A stretch of DNA of 64,000 nucleotides from an uncultured delta proteobacterium (GTDB lineage: Bacteria > Desulfobacterota > Desulfomonilia > Desulfomonilales > Desulfomonilaceae), in assembly GCA_963789265.1 (NCBI GenBank), contig CAWBKB010000004.1, forward strand, positions 263,998 to 327,997, written 5' to 3'. The notes under the pieces are model-generated. The model made no database searches, was not told the DNA's origin, and saw only the letters and a list, made by a program, of their open reading frames with translations. Both the position numbers and the translations under genes were made by a program. Positions 55,159 through 64,000 of this stretch are shown piece after piece (positions within the stretch are counted from its first letter, which is position 1; each line of letters starts with the position of its first letter).

Positions 55159-56265
55159 ATGAACTCTTCGCGCGAATCGTCACCTTCCCGAAGCCCCGCT
55201 CCTTCAGCACTTCCCGCGTCGCTTGATTCCTCATGTCCTCTTGAAAAGAGCCGAGTCACGTACTTGGTACTTACCATTGATGTATGCTGGACCTGCGGAG
55301 ATGATTTTCAAGGGAGGTGGAAAGGTAAGAACTACGGCGTCCCTCTGATAGTGGAAAAACTCGAACAGTACGGTCTGAAGGGAACATTCTTTGTCAGCAC
55401 GTTTTGTCCGCCTCGTTTTGCGGACAAGATGTTTTCCAATCTTGGTTTTCTGGTGTCGCGAGGCCATGATCTCCAAATCCATCCCCATCCCGATGCAATG
55501 GACCCCAACCGTCTTCTCTTGCCCATGTATTCCATGCAGGACAGAAAGAAAATTCTTCATACATCCATTGAGAATATCAAAAGAGCAGGTGCTGCTGCGC
55601 CGATTGCGCACAGAGCAGGGGCATACGCAATAGACCGGGAGACGCTCAATCTATTGTCCGAGTTCGGTATTTGTATGGATTCCTCGATATTCCCGGTGGA
55701 TAGCCGTAGTCAAGTCCCTTTGCCTGAAGACCTGTCAAATAGGTTTGTGCAGATAGGAGGCATATATCAGCTTCCAATGACCCTGATCAAGAGGTTCCCA
55801 TTCATAGGATACGCGGGTATGACGGCTTTTGATCTGGACAGAACCATTTGGGAGGAGCAAAGAAAGGCATTGGAGCTAATCGCCGACCACGGCCTTCCAT
55901 TGGTGACCTTCTCAATGCATTTTCATTCTCTGTGCCATTGTGAAGATTCGCCCGTTCCGTACGAACCCCTCGAAGTCACCGGACCCAACGAGGAGAACAT
56001 AAAAAAATTGGATAATTTTCTGAAACTTGTAACCAGCGACGAACGTTTCAAAGTGATTACTGCAAGGGAACTCTGGCAACTATTTCAAGATCGGCCCCAG
56101 GAGTTGCAAGGCCCTTCCTTCATCCCGTACACGGGTATCCGATTGACCTATTTGAAGGCATGGAGGGATTTTTGGGGGCACGGTGTGAGCAACAAAATCG
56201 TCGTTCTTGCCCCCATAGTGCTGATAGTCGCAGTATTGGCCGGAATTGTATATTTCTTTTTTTGA
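55159..56265 (+). CDS. Polysaccharide deacetylase-like (CE4-type) protein with C-terminal TM helix
   Basis: LVLTIDVCW..., LEQYGLKGTFFVS and GHDLQIHPHP motifs. The Ser/Pro-rich N-terminal 30 aa make the start uncertain. Confidence 0.55.
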   Translation: MNSSRESSPSRSPAPSALPASLDSSCPLEKSRVTYLVLTIDVCWTCGDDFQGRWKGKNYGVPLIVEKLEQYGLKGTFFVSTFCPPRFADKMFSNLGFLVSRGHDLQIHPHPDAMDPNRLLLPMYSMQDRKKILHTSIENIKRAGAAAPIAHRAGAYAIDRETLNLLSEFGICMDSSIFPVDSRSQVPLPEDLSNRFVQIGGIYQLPMTLIKRFPFIGYAGMTAFDLDRTIWEEQRKALELIADHGLPLVTFSMHFHSLCHCEDSPVPYEPLEVTGPNEENIKKLDNFLKLVTSDERFKVITARELWQLFQDRPQELQGPSFIPYTGIRLTYLKAWRDFWGHGVSNKIVVLAPIVLIVAVLAGIVYFFF

Positions 56266-56298
56266 ATGAGACGCGGACCGCGTCGGTAAGTCTGAAGA

Positions 56299-57703
56299 AT
56301 GTATAAACAATACCATCGATATAAACTTCTGCTCATGTTCTGCGACGTCTTCCTCACTATCACGTTACTCGCGGTCATGGTGAAGGTGAGGCCGTTTCTT
56401 CCCGGAAAGGCTATGGGTCCGTCAGACGCGATACTACCCGGCACACTGATTTACATCCTGGTGGGTTTTCTATGGCATGTGCTCTTTGCGGTAACCCGAG
56501 TCTACGAACTGGAGACAATACCTCGTTTCAGCTTGCAGATCGGCCGTTTCACATCTTCGTTTCTCCTGGCAGTGTTGATGTTGACCGGATTTCTCTATTT
56601 CACATTTAGAGAAGTATCACGAATGCTCGTAATTTACTTTTGTGTCGCCGATTACACCATGCTAGTGGTGAGTCGCTATGCCCTAATCTCCTATCTCAAG
56701 CACAAGGTCAACGGTACACGCGACATTCCTGTGCTTATTGCCGGCACTTCCGAGAGCGGCATACATCTTGGCAAAATGCTCAGGCGGAACAATGCCTCGG
56801 GCTTGAGGGTTGAAGGATTCGCTGATAGCCGGGCCCCGTCACACCTTGACTTGCCCGCGCCGGTAATTGGCACCCTGGAAGACGTGCCTCGAATAGTGCG
56901 CGAACGGGAAATAGGTATACTGTTTGTTGCTCTTCAGGAAATCAGGGGAGTTGAGGCAGAACTCTTGATCCATCGAGTCGAAAGCCTCCCCGTGCGCGTG
57001 TACGTCGTGCCGGATGTACCCAGGGCCGGGCTGCTCAACCCCGAAGTGGAGACATTGGGCGAATTGGTTCTGATTGGAATCCGGGAGCCGTTGATTCGCG
57101 GCCACAGGAGGGTCGCCAAGCGGGTTTTTGACGTGGTAGTGAGCACACTGGGTCTCTTATTCCTTTGGCCCACGTTTATAATAATCTGGGTGGTTGTTAA
57201 GCTGGATTCTCCAGGCCCCGGGTTTTTTGTGGCCCAAAGAGTGGGAGAGAATGGGAAGCTCTTTAATATGCTAAAGTTTCGTACGATGTATGTGGATCAA
57301 GAGAATGTTGGAAACCCGGTGCCTTCAAAAGAAGATGTCTGCACTACGGTCCCGAAAGTGAAGGACGATCCGCGGGTGACTCGAGTGGGCAAGTTTCTAC
57401 GCAGAACTTCGCTTGACGAAATCCCGCAGATCGTTAACGTTTTCAAGGGCGAGATGTCGTTAGTGGGGCCCCGGCCCGAGCAACCTTTTCTCACTCAATG
57501 TTATGACCACTGGCAGTGGCAACGGCTTTCAGTGCCCCCAGGCGTTACGGGATGGTGGCAAATATCCGGCCGAAGCGATCTGCCCATGCACTTGAACACT
57601 CAGTACCGATATGTACTACGTGAGGAATTTTTCCTTGCTACTTGACCTGAAAATCCTATTCAAAACCTTATGGACAGTGGTGAAAGGGAAAGGGGCCTAT
57701 TGA
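56299..57703 (+). pseudogene. Polyprenyl-phosphate glycosyl-1-phosphate (priming) sugar transferase (WbaP/EpsB-like), frame disrupted near 57606-57610
   Basis: The Bac_transf core is present ([49 protein letters not shown]). The conserved tail DMYYVRNFSLLLDLKILFKTLWTVVKGKGAY lies in the +1 frame and ends at TGA 57701-57703. Confidence 0.8.
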
Positions 57704-57746
57704 GACGCCGTGCGGCGGGCTGAAAGACCTTGGGGAGAAATAGCGT

Positions 57747-59247
57747 ATGCAAGACACGGCTTCGTCTGTTAGGAATACCACAACCATGGTTGCGACGTCT
57801 ATTGTCGCGATTATTATGGGATATCTCTACGTGCAGGCGTTCGCTGTGGGCTGGCGCGCGATCTTTATGGTCCATGCTCTAGTTCTTTTCTTCCTGGGCT
57901 GTGCCCTATTCATAAGGGATTTACGGTCATTCCTGCTATTTGTTATGATATTCGCCATTCCCCTCCAGTACGGCTACCACGTCACTTATCAGCCATTGCC
58001 GGGGATAGAAACTTCACCATTTTCTTCCGGGCTTCGGATCGACATCGTCGATGTGATGTTGCTCCTCCTATACATGCACTGGGGCTTTTTGTTAGCCCAG
58101 CAAACATTGGGACACGCACGCATAACATTGGGTGGCCCGGTTGGTAAGTTACTCCTTATATGGACGGGCTACGTGTTGGTGGCTGGGATTTTAAAATCAG
58201 AGCATTTCAATTACACACTATATGAGGTAGTGGAACTCTTCAAAGGCTTCCTCCTCTTTTTCTATTTGGCGAATAACCTCTCCTCCGAGAGAGACCTTCG
58301 CGTTGTCATATTTGCCCTCTTTGCCAACACTATTGCTCACGGGCTTTTCATAATTTTTCAGTACGTCACAAGATTGAACTACAACGTGCATGGCGAAATC
58401 TCGACTCACTATGTTACGCTAGAGGGCTTTCGGCCGGCGGGTTTTTCCGGAAGTTGGGACGAGTCTGCCGCAATTATGGCACTTGTCCTACCAGTGCTGC
58501 TCCTCTACTATCTTGTCATTAGAGACGGGATCCGGCACCGGGCGGCTCTAATGAGCGTCGTCATCGTGCTGGTGGCGATCGTACTCACCAAAGTAAGAGG
58601 AGCGTACTTTGCGGTCTTTGTTTCGGCCGTGACTGTGGTGGCTGTGAGCTATTGGCGAGGTTGGATAACTGCCACCAAAACGTTCTGGGTGGCGCTTGCG
58701 GCCGCCGCAGGTACTGATTTTGGGCGGCCCATTTATTGTGCATAGATTCGTGACCGGTACGTGGGGACAAGACCGAATACCGCTCATGCTAACTGCTATC
58801 AATATGTTCAAGGCAAACTGGCTGTTCGGGGTTGGCGCTAACAATTATTTCTTTCACATTCAGCAATACTTGCCGGTCAGGTTGTCAGGAACTTGGCAGT
58901 ATGCAGTGCACAATGAGTATCTGCAATGGGCCGCCGAGACCGGTTTACTCGGTTTGCTGCTGTACTATACGTTGGTGTTGGTTATGATGCGCAAATTGTG
59001 GAAGCTGACGGTCTCGCCCGATCCCTGGATTTTTATGGCTTCTCTCGGGTTATTCGCGGCTGTGTTGGGATCGCTCCCGTACAGGATGACTTCCCCCTAC
59101 TTCTTTCAACCACTCTACACGGAATTTTGCGCAATTTTGGCCGTGACTTACCTTTTGGGAGTTCTTGAAGAAAGACGACTCGCCGGAGCATCTACAGCCG
59201 CTCCATTAACCGGCGGAAGCCGCATGAAGCGTATACATGCCCCCTGA
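57747..59247 (+). pseudogene. O-antigen ligase/polymerase-like (Wzy_C) membrane protein, frame disrupted near 58698-58712
   Basis: The polytopic N-part is in ORF 57747..58745. The continuation VLILGGPFIV...MFKANWLFGVGANNYFFH...VHNEYLQWAAETGLLGL lies in the +1 frame (ORF 58696..59247). Confidence 0.7.
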
Positions 59248-59258
59248 CGAGGTTTAGT

Positions 59259-60956
59259 TTGGGATTAGTCTTTGCCCCTTGGACTTCCAATACTTATCGA
59301 AAATTGCTGACTCTCTTTTCAGTAGCAGTCCTTTCAGCCGTGCTTTTCCCGGCTCGGACAAACGCCCGAATCTATCACGTGAACTCCCTGCGGGGAAACG
59401 ACAGTGCCCCGGGAACAGACGCCGAACCTTTCAAATCCATTGCTCGAGCATCCAAGACGGCGGAACCGGGCGACACGGTCCTGATAGGCGCTGGGATCTA
59501 CCATGAACAAATCGTTGGTGGAAAATCAGGAGTAGAAGGCGCGCCCATAACTTACGAGGGGACGGACAAGTCTAAGGTGATCCTTCAGGGGAGCGTATTG
59601 GTGAAGGAGTGGCAACGCCGGGGAAATGCCTGGGTGTATCGCGGCCTCAAACCAATTACGCCGGAGAATGCCTTTGTTATGGTGGATCAGAAACGTATGC
59701 TCAGACGAGTCGACTCGATTACCGGTATGCCCGAGGGCAGTTTTCATCTTGGAGCGGACGGAACTTATGCCATCAGATTGTTGGACGATGCCGACCCAAA
59801 TCGCGACCACGTTGTGGAAGTCTACGAGTTGGATTTTGCCTTTAATTCCGGAAATCGTTGGCGAGGGACGGCCAAAAAATGGATAGTCCTTCGGAATATG
59901 ATCCTGGAAAAGTACGGCGGTCATGGGATTTCCACCGATTCAAAACATCCTGCCGACAACTCCAATTGGGAATTAGATAACCTTATCGTCAGATATAACA
60001 AGGGCGAAGGCGTGTTCCACTGCCTTGATGAGTGGCATGTTCACAATTGTACCTTTATGCGGAACGGAGTTCATGGATGTCAGCTTGACGGCGCCCGAAT
60101 CCAATTTATCAAAAACCTGAGCATGGAAAATGAGTGGTTTGGTCCTTCCGGTAATGGAGGTTGCGGGATCTTGATCGGCCCGGACGAGTCGGCGCATTCG
60201 TGCGAGGTCGGAGACAATGTATTTCGTGACAATGGAGCCCCGGACGGCTACGGTTGCGGGATCTACCTAGAAGGACGTTCTCATGACAATGTCATAGAAG
60301 ACAATCTGATCATCGGTGGAACCTCTTCGGGCATGGGATTTTTCGGCTCGTCCTACAATAAAGTGATCAACAATGTGCTTGTGAACGTGGCACCCACAAC
60401 CGATTCGGATCAGGCCGCGGCATTTGTTGTCAACCACAGCTTTGAAGGCGCCCCAACTCAATCTGTCGCCAATCTTGTAGCTCAGAATACTGTATGCGGG
60501 TGTCCCGCTCCCGTGGCCGTCATGCCCCCCAAGATTCTCGTAAAATCAACCGAGCTGAACAGATTCGTCAGTAATCTTTTCGCTGGTTGCCGGTACTTTT
60601 CTCGAGTTCCTAAATCGCCGCCGATTGCGCTCGAAGCCAACGGCTTCTTTTCTTGTCCCGAGAAATCAGATGAGAATAAAGGGAGTTTGATGAGGTGGCT
60701 GAGAGCGCTTGCCGGAAAAGCGAGCATTGAACGGTCCGGAAATGTGGTTGGGGATGATGCCGGTTTTCGAAACCCGGCCGCAGGGGATTTTCATTTGAGA
60801 CACGGATCGCCGGCAATCGGGGCGGGCGTTCCGCTGAGCGAGGTCCTGACGGACAAAGACCACAATCCTCGACCGCCGGGCCGACGCCCCACGCTTGGTG
60901 CTTATGAATACCTTCCGGCTGTAGATCGAGCCCCGGAGCCTGGTGGATCCCCGTAA
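59259..60956 (+). CDS. Secreted right-handed parallel beta-helix repeat protein
   Basis: Signal peptide, then IYHVNSLRGNDSAPGTDAEPFKSIARASKTAEPGDTVLIGAGIYHE (typical N-cap) and repeated N.I..N / G..L motifs. Confidence 0.7.
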   Translation: MGLVFAPWTSNTYRKLLTLFSVAVLSAVLFPARTNARIYHVNSLRGNDSAPGTDAEPFKSIARASKTAEPGDTVLIGAGIYHEQIVGGKSGVEGAPITYEGTDKSKVILQGSVLVKEWQRRGNAWVYRGLKPITPENAFVMVDQKRMLRRVDSITGMPEGSFHLGADGTYAIRLLDDADPNRDHVVEVYELDFAFNSGNRWRGTAKKWIVLRNMILEKYGGHGISTDSKHPADNSNWELDNLIVRYNKGEGVFHCLDEWHVHNCTFMRNGVHGCQLDGARIQFIKNLSMENEWFGPSGNGGCGILIGPDESAHSCEVGDNVFRDNGAPDGYGCGIYLEGRSHDNVIEDNLIIGGTSSGMGFFGSSYNKVINNVLVNVAPTTDSDQAAAFVVNHSFEGAPTQSVANLVAQNTVCGCPAPVAVMPPKILVKSTELNRFVSNLFAGCRYFSRVPKSPPIALEANGFFSCPEKSDENKGSLMRWLRALAGKASIERSGNVVGDDAGFRNPAAGDFHLRHGSPAIGAGVPLSEVLTDKDHNPRPPGRRPTLGAYEYLPAVDRAPEPGGSP

Positions 60957-61324
60957 GTTTGCCTTTTTATTCAGCGGTTTAAATAAGTTTGTGTAACCAT
61001 TATCTTTTTTATTGCATTCCTGTTGAAATTTGTGCTGTTTTGTGCTAACAATCACAATATATTAACATGGGGACGAATCATAGGCATTCTACTCGGATAC
61101 CCTGGGAGGATTCTTGGGGGTTAGGATGCGCCACAACGATCTGCAGCAGTGAGAATTGAAGACACGAGCCCCCTATATCCGGCCGAGTTTCGAGCGTAGC
61201 GGCTCGGTACCGCGTTAGTGTCGGGAATGGCTGTGAAGTATTGCTGGAAACGGAATTGTATGCGTTGCATTTTGCGGAGTCCAAATGCTGATCGCGGTCA
61301 GCACGTGTTAGGGAGCACGGAACA

Positions 61325-62836
61325 ATGAGAGAAAAACAAGGCTTATCCTTGAGAGACGCTCTCAGCGTGTTTTTTCGCCGCATCTATCTTTTCGTGATAA
61401 TGATAATCTTTTTGCCCCTGGCAGCGCTCATCGCCTGTCTGGTTGTCGGACCTATCTACGAATCCACGGCAAAGATCATTGTTACCGCCAAGAGAGAAAC
61501 ATCCAGCCTGCTCCAATATCCGAAGGAGATGGCGGCTCAAATGTCGTTCAACCTAAATGTGGACGAGACGGATATGAACAGCGAGATAGAGTTGCTTCGA
61601 AGCTCGGATCTGTGGATAGAAACAGTAAAGAAGCTGGGAGTGGATGCATTTAAGCCCCAAAAAGCCGGAATAGTAGAGGGATGGTTCAAACAGATCGACG
61701 AAATGTTGCGCCAACCGTTCGGGGGCAACAAGCCGATAGCAGGAGTGCCGAAAGGCAAGGCCGCGGAGGTCCAGAAACTAGCCGGTGACATCTCAAAGAA
61801 TCTTAAGATCACCGCGGCCCTCAAATCCAAGGTGCTTGACCTTTCGTTCAAGTACCCGGACCCGGTCATGGCGCAAAAGATACTCGCTACGCTCCTGGAC
61901 CTGTACATTCCCTACCACATGAAGGTGTATGCTCTCCCCGGCGCGGAGAAATTCTTTTCCGGACAGGGTGACCTGTACAGGCAAAAATATGACAAGGCGG
62001 ACCGAGAGCTTGCCGAATTCAAGAAGAAATGGGGGTTGTCCCTTGTCGAGCGGCAGAAGACGGAGCTGATTACTTTCATCCAACAGCTTCAGGATGCCCT
62101 GGTTCACGCGAACGCTGACCTGAGCCAGTATCGGATAATGTTGACATCCGTGAAGAAGGGCTTCCTGCCTTCCGGCCAACTTACGCCCAGTGGACACTCG
62201 AGCGGTGAGAACACATTTATAAACATTGTTTCTTCGCAGCTTCTGCGCGCGGTGCAAAAGCAGTGGCAGACGGCTGAAGTTTACCAGACAGGGAGTCGAG
62301 ACTATAGGGATTCGGCGCAGATGGTAAGGGATCTGACCGGGAGATTCGAGGAAGCATTGCAGGGAGAGATAGACGCGGCCGAGGCCCGAAAAGCCAGCCT
62401 TCAGCAGAGCCTGAAACAGAAAGAGGAGAAATTGCAGCTACTCGAGGAAAAGAGTGAGGAAGCCCGCAGAATGCAACTCGATGCGTCGATTGCTAAAGAG
62501 AGATACGTCAGGTACGTTGCAAAAGAGGAAGAGGCCCGGCTGGAGAATCTCAAGGGCAGGTCCCAACTTAGAGACATAAGCGTCGTGGGGACACCTTTAA
62601 TCCCTATTCACCCCGTCTTCCCCCAAAAAGTGCTCTTTGTTATCGGAGCCTTTTTGTTGGCGATTCCAGTGGGTATCGGCGCAATATTGACTGCTCACTT
62701 CCTGGATCATACGTTTGACAACCCCGGAACGCTGGAGGCTCACACGGGCTATCCGGTCTTGGCCTCCATCGGAAAGATCCAGACAGGCAAAACAGCCGTC
62801 ACGCAAGCGGACCGGGGTCTGGAGCCTGTAGGTTGA
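61325..62836 (+). CDS. Polysaccharide chain-length determinant (Wzz/GumC-family) protein
   Basis: N-terminal TM helix, Wzz-like region, long coiled-coil (EAARKASLQQSLKQKEEKLQLLEEKSEEARR) and a second TM helix near the C-terminus. Confidence 0.75.
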   Translation: MREKQGLSLRDALSVFFRRIYLFVIMIIFLPLAALIACLVVGPIYESTAKIIVTAKRETSSLLQYPKEMAAQMSFNLNVDETDMNSEIELLRSSDLWIETVKKLGVDAFKPQKAGIVEGWFKQIDEMLRQPFGGNKPIAGVPKGKAAEVQKLAGDISKNLKITAALKSKVLDLSFKYPDPVMAQKILATLLDLYIPYHMKVYALPGAEKFFSGQGDLYRQKYDKADRELAEFKKKWGLSLVERQKTELITFIQQLQDALVHANADLSQYRIMLTSVKKGFLPSGQLTPSGHSSGENTFINIVSSQLLRAVQKQWQTAEVYQTGSRDYRDSAQMVRDLTGRFEEALQGEIDAAEARKASLQQSLKQKEEKLQLLEEKSEEARRMQLDASIAKERYVRYVAKEEEARLENLKGRSQLRDISVVGTPLIPIHPVFPQKVLFVIGAFLLAIPVGIGAILTAHFLDHTFDNPGTLEAHTGYPVLASIGKIQTGKTAVTQADRGLEPVG

Positions 62837-62931
62837 TACCGCTTCTCGATCAAAGAGTGAGAATCGGTTGGCAACAAAGTCGGAACCGTGCAGAATTTAG
62901 CGAATGTTTCATTTCTTGACCGCGAACTGAT

Positions 62932-63319
62932 ATGACTCCCCGCAACGGTCCCATTGCGCCACAAATTCCAAAAGGTCCCGCGTGCGCGGGATCACGAAAC
63001 AGCTTCCCGTTAAGGGCTACCTTTTGCGTTGCAGCTCTCGCCTGCCTCCTGGTATTTATTTCCGCCGGACCACTACATGGCCGGGATTATGAAGTTGGTG
63101 CCATTGTGGACATGACCGAGGGTAACATCTATGTTAAAGGGAGTCGCGGCACGCATGTCACTCGAGACATTCGAACCCTGTCTGTGGTGCGAAGTGGGGC
63201 TGGAAGTGCTTGTGCGCTTTGAGGGATTCACTCGGGCAACGATCGCGCCGTATTCCAAATCGGTCTTTGGCGGACCGGTCCGGGTATTCGTAATCAAGGA
63301 CGGCAGAGACGAAGATTGA
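62932..63319 (+). CDS. Hypothetical small secreted protein, possibly frame-disrupted near 63160
   Basis: ORF 62932..63222 carries a signal-like segment (FCVAALACLLVFISAG). Overlapping ORF 63131..63319 in the +1 frame reads more protein-like (EVGLEVLVRFEGFTRATIAPY...VFVIKDGRDED). No family recognised. Confidence 0.25.
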
Positions 63320-63430
63320 GAACGGTTAGAGCGGTTCTCGAAAGAATTGTCGTCATATACAATGCGTCTTGGTGCCCGGTTTAGATTGGCGGGACAGTCC
63401 CGAGAGCCTCGGGACAGCTTGTCAATTGGG

Positions 63431-63596
63431 GATGACGGGCAACCCCGTGTTCCACGCGGGGCGTCGCCACTGGGAAAGATGCCCATCCAACGGATCAAAT
63501 TACACTCCTTACTATTCAGCTTGTGGCGCAGACTTTCCAGTCGGCGGTTTCTTGTCGTAGATTTGGCGGACAGGAAAGTCCGCCCCACGGCAATCT
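63431..63596. repeat. Block of REP-like hairpin units (GGGAAAGATGCCCAT and GGACAGGAAAGTCCGCC types)
   Basis: Variants of the GAC(A/G)GGCA-NNN-TGCC(C/T)GTC family also seen at 513-537, 29565-29585, 29848-29866, 39003-39048 and 39256-39300. Confidence 0.6.
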
Positions 63597-63623
63597 GAGC
63601 CATTTGTGAAAAGGACTACTTAG

Positions 63624-64000
63624 TTACCCAGAGTCACTGCCGGATCTTTGGGTCAGCTTTTCATAAATAGTTATGTAACGCTCGACAAGCACGCGCCAGT
63701 CCCGATTGGCTTCGACCCACTTACGGGCCCGAGTCCCCAGATCAGTTCGTAGATCTCTGTCTCCTGCCAGCTTTGCACATATTGAAGCCAAATCCGATAC
63801 GTTTTCAGACTTAAAAACCAATCCGTTCACGCCGTCCTGTACCATTTCAAGATGTCCGCCGACATCGCTTGCAATGAGAGGCTTTGCCATGGCCATGATT
63901 TCCAACGGTTTCAGGGGGGTCACCAACCGCGTTTCCCGGGTGTCCCTGCGAGGAAGGACCAGAAAGTCGCAAATCCTATAGAACGCCGTGACCTCGCTGT
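63624..64000 (-). CDS. Glycosyltransferase family 4 (GT-B, group 1), C-terminal part (5' end outside the window)
   Basis: LEIMAMAKPLIASDVGGHLEMVQDGVNGLVF is the E-x7-E region of GT4 enzymes. The ORF is open to the window edge. Confidence 0.75.
   Translation of the reverse strand, partial: SEVTAFYRICDFLVLPRRDTRETRLVTPLKPLEIMAMAKPLIASDVGGHLEMVQDGVNGLVFKSENVSDLASICAKLAGDRDLRTDLGTRARKWVEANRDWRVLVERYITIYEKLTQRSGSDSG

Noticed and set aside
54884-55234. 116-aa minus-strand ORF overlapping the 5' end of the deacetylase-like gene
   Set aside because: It has no RBS and no recognisable domain, and it overlaps the only available start of the plus-strand gene. It is treated as spurious or as a decayed remnant.
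63566-63596. GGAAAGTCCG string resembling the conserved GGAAAGUCCGG core of RNase P RNA
   Set aside because: It sits inside a unit of the GAC(A/G)GG...CCGTC hairpin repeat family (ggcggacaggaaagtccgccccacgg). None of the other RNase P conserved regions or helices are nearby.

Overview
This 64 kb window is ordinary chromosome from what looks like an anaerobic Gram-negative bacterium. The Desulfobacterota-like assignment is inferred from gene content only.

Gene order, left to right:
- Partial MBL-fold hydrolase and a stand-alone DAC (c-di-AMP cyclase-type) domain protein.
- Sugar-modification cluster: DegT aminotransferase, GT2, cupin and two SAM methyltransferases.
- One IS1182-family insertion sequence.
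- Minus-strand operon dsrE-like / tusA / NarI-like cytochrome b / HdrD-DsrK-like Fe-S protein.
- HtrA-like protease.
- lipB plus a 2-oxoacid dehydrogenase operon (E1 alpha, E1 beta, E2, E3), followed by a secreted ankyrin protein.
- Orphan phoU behind a textbook sigma-54 promoter.
- Two-component cluster: Cache histidine kinase, three single-domain receivers and a degenerate kinase-like protein.
- hcp (hybrid cluster protein) island, with a Crp/Fnr regulator and two identical TTGACTTAAGTCAA boxes.
- vapBC toxin-antitoxin pair.
- NitT/TauT-type ABC transporter.
- Sigma-54 activator, two tandem receivers and a 1261-aa kinase with eight PAS domains, five of them near-identical tandem copies.
- TonB-like protein.
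- LPS-core genes (trm112-like, lpxL-like, heptosyltransferase, GT2, LPS kinase) and an L,D-transpeptidase.
- EPS/O-antigen cluster: deacetylase, priming sugar transferase, O-antigen-ligase-like protein, beta-helix protein, Wzz/GumC and a partial GT4.

No rRNA, tRNA or CRISPR array was recognised.

Most notable observations:
- The probable HcpR operator pair, and an unusual small siroheme-motif protein next to hcp.
- The DsrE-TusA-HdrED-like operon.
- A possible His-Asp-His-Asp phosphorelay.
- The mosaic tandem PAS array.
- Six clear frame disruptions in otherwise conserved genes (five 1-nt frameshifts and one in-frame TAG), plus a possible seventh. These may be assembly errors or real pseudogenes.
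- Several families of palindromic REP/MITE-like repeats that fill the intergenic regions.

All functional calls come from motif recognition by eye. No searches were run.
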